A stretch of 64,000 bases of DNA from positions 93,226-157,225 of IMG/VR virus record IMGVR_UViG_3300005274_000001; one strand, written 5' to 3'. Position numbers and translations under genes: made by a program. Shown piece by piece: positions 41,822 to 50,347 of the stretch (the first letter of the stretch is position 1; each line of letters begins with the position of its first letter). The DNA is from a virus. The notes under the pieces are model-generated. The model saw nothing but the letters and a program-made list of their open reading frames with translations, did no database searches and was not told the DNA's origin.

Positions 41822-42214
41822 TTAAATCTCGTTACTTATATTTATCTTATACACTCCACGCCTGTTTATTCCTCTTTTGAGTATCTTTATATCATCTATA
41901 ATGAAATTCTCTTTCAAAATTGACAAAGCTTTGATATGATTAAAACTATTTCCACAGGTATATATATCTAAAGAAACATAACCTTCATCTATCCAGTAAT
42001 GCCAAGATAAATGAGATTCACCCAAAAGAAAAACTCCAGAAGAGGCTTCATTAGGAAAAACAAAGTGTTTAAAATCTATTATTGTTGCATTTGATTCTTT
42101 TAACAAATCATAAAAAAAGTCTTTTAATCTATCGCCCCTAAACTCTTTACCCTCCTTAACTTTTAGTTCTAATATGACATGGGTACCTTCAGTAGGAACA
42201 TGTTTATTTTTCAC
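41822..42214 (-). CDS. speD: S-adenosylmethionine decarboxylase proenzyme (pyruvoyl-dependent)
   Basis: GTHVILEL, LLGESHLSWH (E-S self-cleavage site), LDIYTCG. Start moved to GTG42214, 7 nt after TATACT; the longer track start runs through a terminator. Confidence 0.88.
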   Translation of the reverse strand: MKNKHVPTEGTHVILELKVKEGKEFRGDRLKDFFYDLLKESNATIIDFKHFVFPNEASSGVFLLGESHLSWHYWIDEGYVSLDIYTCGNSFNHIKALSILKENFIIDDIKILKRGINRRGVYKINISNEI

Positions 42215-42238
42215 AAAAAAAAGTATACAATTTTTGTT

Positions 42239-42279
42239 AAAAAAAATTAACCCCCACACAGGTTTGTGTGAGGGTTAAT
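42239..42279 (-). terminator. Intrinsic terminator
   Basis: AATTAACCCTCACAC-aaacct-GTGTGGGGGTTAATT followed by a T run, downstream of the Hc1-like gene. Confidence 0.8.
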
Positions 42280-42290
42280 TTGTAAATCTT

Positions 42291-42515
42291 TTACTCTGCA
42301 GTATTTACTGGTTCGAACTCTACTTCCTTGAGGAGCTTTCTAGACTCCTTAAGAAGCTTTTCGAGCGCTAGAGTGTTCTTGCGAAGCCTTTGCCTTGCTA
42401 TTTTCTTGCCCTTCTGAGTAAGTTCCCTAAAGTTCTTTTGTAGGGCAATAAACTCCTCTTCGACAGCTACCATGAGATCGTCCAGCCTGTCTACTCCTTT
42501 TACCTTGTATCGCAT
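42291..42515 (-). CDS. Histone H1-like Hc1-family small basic protein
   Basis: KGKKIARQRLRKNTLALEKLLKESRK matches the Hc1 N-terminal pattern KGNKAAxxRxRKxxxxLEKxxKxxRK; strong SD. Confidence 0.65.
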   Translation of the reverse strand: MRYKVKGVDRLDDLMVAVEEEFIALQKNFRELTQKGKKIARQRLRKNTLALEKLLKESRKLLKEVEFEPVNTAE

Positions 42516-42527
42516 GTTTCTTCCTCC

Positions 42528-43139
42528 CTAAATCAGGAACTCATCTCCGAGTTCCCTTACCTCATCATTATACACCAAATTCTCCTCATTTGATTCATTA
42601 TCTACCGTTTTTCCTTCAACATTACCAAACTCTACGAAAACATAATCTGCAATTATAGAAAACTTATCTTTGTAATTTTCCAGTACGCCGTCAATCATTA
42701 GTTTTTTCCCAATCATACTCTTATCTACTTCTATTCCCCTGCTGTTGAAAAGCGTTACAAAAATTCTAGTTGACTTTTTCCTTGTTGTTTCAATCAACAA
42801 TCTTTTGCGATTTTGATTATCATAAACCCCAACCAAAGTACCGGAAATTGTAGCAAACCTTTTTTCCTTTTGAGGATATGAAGAGAACGAAATTGATGTG
42901 GTGTAAATATAATCTTCTTTTTCTCCATTTGACAACATTCCGTACACTAAAGCATACAAAGAAGCTTTTTTCTTCAAGCTGCTTATAACTTTTTCCTTAA
43001 CTATAGAAAAGTCCATTGGAACTAGTACTGGAAAAACATTTTTTTCTACTTCAACCATAAACACATCATTCCTAGCGTCTACAAGCTTTCCAGCCAACAA
43101 AGCGCTGTTTTTGTCGTACCTAAACTTAAATGTGTCCAC
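42528..43139 (-). CDS. Single-stranded DNA-binding protein, tandem OB-fold-like
   Basis: Two OB-like halves (ALLAGKL...ALVYGML; ATISGTL...LMIDGVL) and an acidic tail ending DEFLI. Start uncertain (GTG43139 proposed). Confidence 0.55.
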   Translation of the reverse strand: MDTFKFRYDKNSALLAGKLVDARNDVFMVEVEKNVFPVLVPMDFSIVKEKVISSLKKKASLYALVYGMLSNGEKEDYIYTTSISFSSYPQKEKRFATISGTLVGVYDNQNRKRLLIETTRKKSTRIFVTLFNSRGIEVDKSMIGKKLMIDGVLENYKDKFSIIADYVFVEFGNVEGKTVDNESNEENLVYNDEVRELGDEFLI

Positions 43140-43647
43140 TAGAACCAAACCCCCTCTCTCCTCTTTCTGTATTAGCGTATTTCTCTGCAAACTCTTCCTC
43201 GCTTACTTCAACCATTTCAAAAAATGACCCAGTATCATAACCAATTAACACTAATTGTGCCACAGCAATATCATTCTTAATGTTAAATATACCCGTACTA
43301 TAAAACTTAAGTCCAACTTTTATTGGGCCACGATATGAGCTATCAATTACCCCATGGAACACATCTACTCCAGACTTAAAGAAGTTACCACTTCTACCAA
43401 ATATAATCCCATGGATGCCTTTTGGTAACGCAATTTTATAGGGAGTAGTAACGAAAACATAATAACCAGGATAAAGAACAAGAAGGCTTACTTCATCATT
43501 AGAAATCTTTTTAACCCTAATTGATTTTTCGTCTGGAATTTCTACAGTTGAAACATCTGGAAACAAATCAATTCCAGCATTTTCCAAAATGTTCGCCTTC
43601 AAATCCTTGGCCGACTTGTTCAGCTTAGTGTAAGGGATTCTGGTCAT
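43126..43647 (-). CDS. dut: Trimeric dUTPase
   Basis: AGIDL, GRSG, GVIDSSYRG, AQL, RGERGFGSSG motifs. ATG43647 follows GGAGG. Confidence 0.95.
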   Translation of the reverse strand: MTRIPYTKLNKSAKDLKANILENAGIDLFPDVSTVEIPDEKSIRVKKISNDEVSLLVLYPGYYVFVTTPYKIALPKGIHGIIFGRSGNFFKSGVDVFHGVIDSSYRGPIKVGLKFYSTGIFNIKNDIAVAQLVLIGYDTGSFFEMVEVSEEEFAEKYANTERGERGFGSSGHI

Positions 43648-43663
43648 CCCTACCTCCGTTACT

Positions 43664-43692
43664 AGCATAGCACCAACGGGCTTATATGTCAA
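43664..43692 (-). promoter_or_regulatory. Sigma-A-type promoter for dut, partly embedded in the thyX 3' end
   Basis: TTGACA-17 nt-TATGCT. Confidence 0.75.
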
Positions 43693-44509
43693 GCCCCTGC
43701 AGCCTCCTTAGCCTTTTGACTTTATTTTCAAGTTCCTCTAACTTAGTTGCACTTAATTCTTCTTTATTAATTATCGTGAAGTTTGTAAAGTCTATGTGTT
43801 TGATATCGTCTTCAGAAAGCTTTACAGCATTAAGTTGATGCTTTAAAAACGCTCGCCAAGTCATTGGAACAATCTTAGCAACAAAAGAGGCCATTGCTTT
43901 TGCAACTTCTCTAGTTTCCTTTTGTGTATGATCGTCTAATCTAAGCCTCAAAAAGTTCATTAAATTTCTCAGGTCTTGCTTGAAAAAGAACATTGTGTAT
44001 GTACCTAAAGGTAGAAGGCTTCTCGCAACTTCTCTAGCCAAGCCTTCATCCAACATTTCTTGATAGTTTTTATAAACATATTTGTAAGTTTCATCGAAGA
44101 TTTTTATCGTCTTAAGTAGCTTTTCTGTATTGTTCTCTTCAATAGAGGATTGTCTGTTTGCTTTGGAGTTTGTTCTAAATTCGTTAGGAATGTAAAACTC
44201 ATCTTCAAGTTTTACATATCTACCGCTTATTTCATTGAAGCTAGCTGTTCTGTGTCTAAAAATTTGTCTTGCTACAAAAATCGGCACCTTAAGGTGGAAA
44301 ACAAACTCTACCATTTCAAAGGGCGACATATGTTCATTACGCATTAGATAATCTATTAACGCCTCATCTTTAGACTTTCCTTTAAAATTGTAAGAAACTC
44401 TAGCAGCCTGAACAATTAGCTGATCGCTTCCCATGTAATCAACAAGACGAACGAAACCTTTATCGAGAACTTTTATCTCTCTAGGAAACTCTCCAAAACC
44501 TTCCTGCAT
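43682..44509 (-). CDS. thyX: Flavin-dependent thymidylate synthase
   Basis: HMSPFE, RQIFRHRTASFNEISGRY, AREVARSLLP. ATG44509 follows GGAGG. Confidence 0.96.
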   Translation of the reverse strand: MQEGFGEFPREIKVLDKGFVRLVDYMGSDQLIVQAARVSYNFKGKSKDEALIDYLMRNEHMSPFEMVEFVFHLKVPIFVARQIFRHRTASFNEISGRYVKLEDEFYIPNEFRTNSKANRQSSIEENNTEKLLKTIKIFDETYKYVYKNYQEMLDEGLAREVARSLLPLGTYTMFFFKQDLRNLMNFLRLRLDDHTQKETREVAKAMASFVAKIVPMTWRAFLKHQLNAVKLSEDDIKHIDFTNFTIINKEELSATKLEELENKVKRLRRLQGLDI

Positions 44510-44541
44510 CTTCTTCCTCCGCAACCGCTGCTACTAGTGTA

Positions 44542-45057
44542 TCAGAAAATCTTCTTTTCGTTTGAAGCACTTAAGGAAATTTTGTGTTTTATTGAATAGT
44601 GCAACATTTCTAAAATCTCATAAAGACCGGAAAGGTAATTTAGATAAGCCTTATATAGGGCAATTTTCTTCTTTAAATTTCTATATTCTTCATTTAGCTC
44701 AACCAATTTTTCTACCTCTGTATTTGTAATTTTCTTTTCAGCAGATAAAGAAGTTTTTATTTGTATGAAAAGATTGGCATACATAGATTCTTCTTCGTTG
44801 TCTTTTATTGCCAAGATTCCTTCAATTAAAGTCTTTTTGTAATTTATATGTTCTAACCAAGAAAGGACAGAGAATAGAAGTTCATTTAGTTCTTCAGGGG
44901 AAAAATCGTTTATAACAGAAAAATCTAAAAAATATGTTTCTTCATCAAAGGGCATCTTTAATGTTTGTGCAACATCTTTTATGCTGATTTTATAAACCTC
45001 AGGAATTTCCTTGAAAATTGTTTTGTAAGGACTTTCTAATCTTCTTTGACTATCCAT
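44542..45057 (-). CDS. UvsY-like recombination mediator (candidate)
   Basis: All-helical, with KKITNTEVEKLVELNEEY...YLNYLSGLYEILEMLHYSIK; in the recA operon. Confidence 0.5.
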   Translation of the reverse strand: MDSQRRLESPYKTIFKEIPEVYKISIKDVAQTLKMPFDEETYFLDFSVINDFSPEELNELLFSVLSWLEHINYKKTLIEGILAIKDNEEESMYANLFIQIKTSLSAEKKITNTEVEKLVELNEEYRNLKKKIALYKAYLNYLSGLYEILEMLHYSIKHKISLSASNEKKIF

Positions 45058-45509
45058 ACTAGTAGCTTATCAAAAAGCTTCCTGTTTGTCAATGCATCAT
45101 CTAAGGACACACTTTTTAAAATCTCTTCTGCAATTTTCTCCCTTTTAAAGTCCCCATTTTTATTAAAAAATTCCTTGATTAAGTTGAAAACAAGGACATA
45201 AACTATGTTTTCATTACCAAACCATTTTCTATATGTTCTTGAGAAGCCCAAATCGTGTCTTTCCTTGTGATGAAAATCACACAATGGTATTGTTGAAAAG
45301 TCTGTAAATCGCTTATAATTTCTATAGCAGTAGGAAAGATTTTCGTGGTGAGCAATTGTTTCTGTTTTTGAAAAGCTTCTTTTCCCCAAATAACAAGCAA
45401 TGCATTCAAAATTGTGAATATAATCTAAATATTCCTTTTCTAGCTGCTCAAAAACATCTCTATTAAGATATTCTCTCATTGAGCTGCAGGAATAAGAAAA
45501 ATCACTCAT
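45036..45509 (-). CDS. HNH-like Zn nuclease (DUF968/Ref-like)
   Basis: CIAC...AHHE...IPLCDFHHKERH; immediately downstream of recA. Confidence 0.65.
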   Translation of the reverse strand: MSDFSYSCSSMREYLNRDVFEQLEKEYLDYIHNFECIACYLGKRSFSKTETIAHHENLSYCYRNYKRFTDFSTIPLCDFHHKERHDLGFSRTYRKWFGNENIVYVLVFNLIKEFFNKNGDFKREKIAEEILKSVSLDDALTNRKLFDKLLVWIVKED

Positions 45510-45538
45510 CTTCCTCCTCCTCAGATAAATTTACAGAT

Positions 45539-46513
45539 TTAAGGTTTGCAATTTTTTCTTTGATTTTTTTGCTCAACAAGCTCTGCAAAGTGCTTGTTGT
45601 TTTTTATTTCTTCAATTAATTGAACTGCGCCATGAAAAGCTTTCTCTTCTCCAGTTATTTGTTCTTTGTACCAAGCACCCGATTTCTTAACAAGTCCAAG
45701 TTGACTCAGTATTTCTGGATAATCTATAGTGTAAGTTCCATCATAGAACAGTAGAAATTTGGCTTTTCTCATTGGTGGAGCAAACTTATTCTTTTCTATT
45801 TTTACATGAACTTCATCTCCGATTTCTCCATCTTCATCTTTTATTGGTTTTTTGCGCATATTAAGTCTAAGGGACGAGAAGAATTTTAATGCTCTACCGC
45901 CTGGAGTTGTTTCTGGATTTCCATAAACTCCTATTTTTTCACGAATTTGGTTGATAAACATTATCGTTGCTTTATTTTGCCTTATGACGGGCATTAACTT
46001 TGAAAGTGCCATTGAAAGTACTCTAGCCCTTACACCAACCAAGCTATCTCCGTAATCAGCATTATTTTGGGATACGGTAGGTGGGGCTACAATTGAATCG
46101 TAAACAACATATTGAACACCTTGGTTTATTAAAAATTCTAATTTCTCAAGGCTTTCCTCCAAGGAATTTGCCTCAATTAAAAGCAGTTCATCAAGGTTCA
46201 CGCCAAGAGTTTCAGCCCAAATTGGATCAAAGGAGTTTTCAGCGTCAATAAAAGCACATATTTTATTTGCTTTCTGCATTTGAGAAATAGTTATCAGACT
46301 AAAAGTGGTTTTACCTGAAGATTCTTGGCCGTATACTTCAATAATTTTTCCCATTGGAATTCCACCAATTCCTAGTGCTAAATCTACTGTCAATATTCCG
46401 GTAGAAACTATTTCCTCTTTAGTTTGCTTTAATTCTTGACCAGTATAAATTTCTTCTCTGCTAAACTTTTTAGCATAAGAAGAGATAATTTGCCTTATCT
46501 TTTCGTTGTTCAT
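45539..46513 (-). CDS. recA: RecA recombinase; C-terminus probably extends to 45502
   Basis: STGILTVDLALGIGG, GQESSGKTT, FIDAE, FINQIREKIG, TPGGRALKF, KNKFAPP. Confidence 0.97.
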   Translation of the reverse strand: MNNEKIRQIISSYAKKFSREEIYTGQELKQTKEEIVSTGILTVDLALGIGGIPMGKIIEVYGQESSGKTTFSLITISQMQKANKICAFIDAENSFDPIWAETLGVNLDELLLIEANSLEESLEKLEFLINQGVQYVVYDSIVAPPTVSQNNADYGDSLVGVRARVLSMALSKLMPVIRQNKATIMFINQIREKIGVYGNPETTPGGRALKFFSSLRLNMRKKPIKDEDGEIGDEVHVKIEKNKFAPPMRKAKFLLFYDGTYTIDYPEILSQLGLVKKSGAWYKEQITGEEKAFHGAVQLIEEIKNNKHFAELVEQKNQRKNCKP

Positions 46514-47085
46514 TCAGCACCTCCCTTCTTCCCCAATGCGTACTCTTTTGCTTGCCTGTAAAGCTTATCGCCTATAATCCTAAGGTTTGCCAAAGCCTCT
46601 TGTATCGGTTTGGAGTTGCGATTCTTTAGTTCTTCTTCCGTTGCAAATATTTGATTTTTGAAAAACCAAATATACAAACCGATTGAATGATTGGCAGCAG
46701 CTCTCCTTATTGCGTCTGTTTCTGCAGACTTAGGATCTGCCTTAATAAATTGTTTTTTTAACTTTTCTAAATCATTATCAAAAACCAAGTAAGAAGAACC
46801 AGTTCCTGTCATTGTTTTGCCCATGATTGTAAGCTCAGCCTTTGCCATATGTCCAACAATCAAAAATCCACTTTTATCGGTAGTTTCTACAGTTATTGGA
46901 GTTATTTCTGTTCTAAGTTCCCACTCTCCAGGGATCATTGTATTTAAACGATGAATTATGTACCTAACGTCAAGATATGGTACTACCAAATAAGAACCAT
47001 TTTTTAGCTTTTTATCTACACGGAAAAGAATCGCCTGATCTGGAAAGGGCCGCATTAATTCAATTCTGATCTCCTTCTCAGTCAT
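46510..47085 (-). CDS. Rad52/Sak-family single-strand annealing protein
   Basis: ELMRPFP, VPYLDVRYIIHRLN, KSAETDAIRRAA...IGLYIW. Confidence 0.85.
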   Translation of the reverse strand: MTEKEIRIELMRPFPDQAILFRVDKKLKNGSYLVVPYLDVRYIIHRLNTMIPGEWELRTEITPITVETTDKSGFLIVGHMAKAELTIMGKTMTGTGSSYLVFDNDLEKLKKQFIKADPKSAETDAIRRAAANHSIGLYIWFFKNQIFATEEELKNRNSKPIQEALANLRIIGDKLYRQAKEYALGKKGGAE

Positions 47086-47102
47086 GCTCCTACCTCTCTC
47101 TT

Positions 47103-47132
47103 AGGGTATAACAAGCTTGCGCTTTTTGTCAA
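47103..47132 (-). promoter_or_regulatory. Sigma-A-type promoter for the sak-recA operon
   Basis: TTGACA, then TATACC/TACCCT at 16-18 nt spacing, then SD GAGG/AGGAG. Confidence 0.65.
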
Positions 47133-48472
47133 GCCTTGCTCTTTTTGTCGTCTGTCTTTTTGGTGCTACCAAATTTAATTTCCTCCACATTAAAATCAAA
47201 GGTTTTTGTATCATATGAAATAACTGCAGTAAAAAGTGGACCATTTCTCTGCTTTTTAACATAAAAGTTTATATATTTTCTTGTCGAAACAATCTTTTCT
47301 CCATTGTTTAGCGTTATTGAATCAATTTCTTCCTCCTTTTTGTTAGACATTAAAGCAATCAGAGAAGCTGCTTGTTCAATATCTCCACTTTCTTTTAGGT
47401 CATCAATATTAGGTTCTTCGCTTAATTTTCTTGACAACTGAGAAACTTCAACAATTGCAACATCCAACTCAATAGCCAATGTTTTTAGTCTTTGCGCAAT
47501 TGAGCCAATTTCTAGATGTCTATTTCCAGAAAACTTAATGTTTGACATGAGTTGTAAGTAATCAATAAAAACAATTTTTGTGCCATTTTCATATACACTT
47601 CTTCTAATAATTGACTCTATGTTTTCTATAGATCCATCGTGAGTAGAAGTAAAGTAAAGGGGCCAGCTATTCATTTTTTCAACTGTTATTTGCGCCAACT
47701 TCTTTTCTTCATCAGTTAGTTCTTTTTTAAATATCTTAGATGCGGGTATCTTTGCAATCATTGAAATTAACCTACCAAAAATCTGAAATTTGGTCATTTC
47801 CATTGAAATCAGGTGAACAGGTATATTTTCCAAAGCATGCTTATAAGCAACATGCAAAGATAGGAGGGTTTTTCCTATACCAGGTCTTGCACCAATAACA
47901 ACTACATTTCCCGGTACAAAATCATAAATGTAGTCGTCAAGGTTCATATTTCCGAACCTAAATCCAAACCTATAAGTGTCTTTTTTGTTCAACTCATTAA
48001 AAAATTCTCTAGACATATCTTCAACAGATAAAATGTCAACATTTTTTATTCCGCTTCTAGAAATTTCTTCTTGAATTTCTTTGAGTTTGGAATAAACTTC
48101 TGAAGTTGATAAAAACTTTTTTATTGACAATTCTTTTAATTGTGGGGAGATTCGTCTAAGAACACTTTTTTCCTTTAGCCAATTCGCATACTTAACTGTA
48201 AGATTAAGTCCTTTTTCATCCGGCGTAATTTCATCATAAAGTTCAACATCTTCTGCTTTAACTAAACCAAGTTGTACAATATCCGACAATAAAGAAGCTT
48301 CTGGTTCTTGGTTGTGATTTTTAACATATTCAAAAGCTTTTCCTAGATACACAAAATCATCTTCTGAAAGGAAAATAACTTTCTGTATAAAATCTTTGTG
48401 TTTAATTAGGCTAAAAACGATTTCTAACTCAATAAGATAGAGGTTTTCATCGAAAAGCTCATTTTGGTCCAT
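47129..48472 (-). CDS. dnaB: Replicative DNA helicase
   Basis: GARPGIGKT, SMEM, IDYLQL, SQLSR, DLKESGDIEQ, KQRNGP; no intein. Confidence 0.96.
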   Translation of the reverse strand: MDQNELFDENLYLIELEIVFSLIKHKDFIQKVIFLSEDDFVYLGKAFEYVKNHNQEPEASLLSDIVQLGLVKAEDVELYDEITPDEKGLNLTVKYANWLKEKSVLRRISPQLKELSIKKFLSTSEVYSKLKEIQEEISRSGIKNVDILSVEDMSREFFNELNKKDTYRFGFRFGNMNLDDYIYDFVPGNVVVIGARPGIGKTLLSLHVAYKHALENIPVHLISMEMTKFQIFGRLISMIAKIPASKIFKKELTDEEKKLAQITVEKMNSWPLYFTSTHDGSIENIESIIRRSVYENGTKIVFIDYLQLMSNIKFSGNRHLEIGSIAQRLKTLAIELDVAIVEVSQLSRKLSEEPNIDDLKESGDIEQAASLIALMSNKKEEEIDSITLNNGEKIVSTRKYINFYVKKQRNGPLFTAVISYDTKTFDFNVEEIKFGSTKKTDDKKSKA

Positions 48473-48752
48473 ATTCGTACCTCCCCGTATATGGGTTCAT
48501 CTGGAGTTCCCAATCGCAAGGTACTTTCTCGTACTGCATCGTATATGGATTATACTTTGTGCACATATTCTCATCTTGGCTCATAACATATGAAGACTTA
48601 TATTCGTTATAAGTTACATCATCTTTAGCGAAAACATACTTATCTTCGCTTGTATCGTAGGGATTTTGAACAATATCTAAGTCATCTTGTGTTAAGTCGT
48701 ATGTCTGCCTATAGGGGTTCATTTTAATTACTTTTCTCTTTCTTACCACCAT
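48459..48752 (-). CDS. Small early protein with NPY repeats
   Basis: ATG48752 follows GAGGAGG; four NPY motifs. Confidence 0.75.
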   Translation of the reverse strand: MVVRKRKVIKMNPYRQTYDLTQDDLDIVQNPYDTSEDKYVFAKDDVTYNEYKSSYVMSQDENMCTKYNPYTMQYEKVPCDWELQMNPYTGRYEYGPK

Positions 48753-48774
48753 GTGGCCTCCTCTACCTATGGGA

Positions 48775-48803
48775 AGCTTACCACATCCTTGGGGGTGTGT
48801 CAA
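48775..48803 (-). promoter_or_regulatory. Sigma-A-type promoter
   Basis: TTGACA-17 nt-TAAGCT, preceded by TGTGG. Confidence 0.8.
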
Positions 48804-48837
48804 CGGGTTGCAGAATTGATGATAAAATAATTCTGCT

Positions 48838-49167
48838 ATGGCTAAGAAGTTTTCAAAAGAACCAACAGTAGCAACACTAAAAAGTGAAATAAGAAAAATA
48901 CTAGATTCTTATTATCCATACAACAATTTTAAAGTTTCTGTAAAAACTGCTGACGACATGCTAATAATCAACATTGATGGGTGCGACTTTGACGAAGAAT
49001 TTCGAAACATGTTAAATAGGTTTGTTGATTACAAAATTAAACACATTTACAGAAAAAAGACAGTAAAAGAAGAAAACAAAATTGTCGTAAAAAGAATACC
49101 TTACAAAGATTTTTACATAAACATAAATGATGATTGCGTCATGTTCAGCTACTACCGTTACTTGTAA
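48838..49167 (+). CDS. Hypothetical protein (weak LPD29-like N-terminus)
   Basis: EIRKILDSYYPYNNFKVSV...IINIDG; TAAAAT at 48823-48828. Confidence 0.6.
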   Translation: MAKKFSKEPTVATLKSEIRKILDSYYPYNNFKVSVKTADDMLIINIDGCDFDEEFRNMLNRFVDYKIKHIYRKKTVKEENKIVVKRIPYKDFYININDDCVMFSYYRYL

Positions 49168-49176
49168 AATGTAGGG

Positions 49177-50289
49177 GTGATAAAGATGTACAACTACACA
49201 CAAGAAGACCTTTCCTTCATCGAATTAATAGAAGATATAAACTTTCACACAGAAAACTTCTACGGTAGCTTTGAGGATTACCTAATACTTCCTACATTTC
49301 TTGAAAAGGAAATCTCTAGAAAACAGACAAATATAATGCAAGAGATTGTTGATATTAGAGGGGGCAAAAGACTTGTAAAGCCAATTATTTCTTCGCCGAT
49401 GAGCTTTTTTGGCAAGAAATTTGGGGAAAAGTTAGTAGAAAGGAACTTTATCTACTCAATTCCACGAATTAATAAATCCATAGAAGAGAGGATAGAAATT
49501 TACAAAGAGCTGAAATCTAAATATTACTCTCCAATTATCCTTTCTGTTGGGGCAAAAGAAGAAATTACAGATGAACTGGTAGATAATTCAGACATTTTAC
49601 TACTTGATATAGCTCACGGAGCTTCAAAGCACTCTGTAAATTTCTTATATTCTCTAAGCATTCTAGGCGTTAATTCTGGTGTAATGTTAGGGAATATAGG
49701 TTCAATAAATGGAATGTTGTACCTTCTTTACTTTGCAGCAAAATTTGGTTTTAGAAATATTTACATAAGGAGCGGAATAGGTTCGGGAAGCGCATGTACA
49801 ACAAGGCTAAATACTGGAATTGGATTTCCACAGCTAGACTTAATGAGAGATTTGCGAAACTTTTTACGCAACTTAAATTCTTCTAAGTTAGGAAGATATA
49901 TAGAAAATCTTTCTAACATAAATGTATACCTTGTTTCTGATGGTGGAATAAAGAATTATGGAGATATAGCGAAAGCTTTGATATTTTCAGATTTGGTAAT
50001 GGGAGGAAAGATTTTTGCTTCGAGAGAAGTAGATACCTTTGATAACGAAAAGGTGTTTTACTATGGCATGGCCTCACAATACGCAAAACAAAATAAAGAA
50101 AATGTTGAAGGGGACGGTTTTGAAATTAAAAATCCGCCAAATGTAGAAGAAATACTATCAGGAATAGAGGACGGGTTAAGGTCTGCTCTTACTTACACCA
50201 ACTCAACAAACCTAGAAGAATTTAGAAAAAAGGCTAAGCTAGTAAGAGTAAGTTCTTCTACACTAAAAGAAACATATGTAGGCTTTTAA
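49177..50289 (+). CDS. GMP reductase / IMPDH family; GMP reductase more likely
   Basis: DIAHG, GIGSGSACTT (catalytic Cys), SDGGI, MGG, YYGMAS...EG; short flap lacking the IMPDH Arg-Tyr dyad. Leaderless TAAAAT-6 nt-GTG. Confidence 0.88.
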   Translation: MIKMYNYTQEDLSFIELIEDINFHTENFYGSFEDYLILPTFLEKEISRKQTNIMQEIVDIRGGKRLVKPIISSPMSFFGKKFGEKLVERNFIYSIPRINKSIEERIEIYKELKSKYYSPIILSVGAKEEITDELVDNSDILLLDIAHGASKHSVNFLYSLSILGVNSGVMLGNIGSINGMLYLLYFAAKFGFRNIYIRSGIGSGSACTTRLNTGIGFPQLDLMRDLRNFLRNLNSSKLGRYIENLSNINVYLVSDGGIKNYGDIAKALIFSDLVMGGKIFASREVDTFDNEKVFYYGMASQYAKQNKENVEGDGFEIKNPPNVEEILSGIEDGLRSALTYTNSTNLEEFRKKAKLVRVSSSTLKETYVGF

Positions 50290-50309
50290 TGTTTAGTCTT
50301 GGGGGGGGC

Positions 50310-50338
50310 TTGACAACTCTTATAATTTCGTCTATACT
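50310..50338 (+). promoter_or_regulatory. Consensus sigma-A promoter
   Basis: TTGACA-17 nt-TATACT; a G8 run (50301-50308) lies just upstream. Confidence 0.85.
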
Positions 50339-50347
50339 ATCCATGCT

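Noticed and set aside
50301-50308. G8 run (and G7 at 57578-57584) as phase-variation switches
   Set aside because: Both lie outside the likely coding sequences and outside -35/-10 spacers, so a length change has no evident effect.
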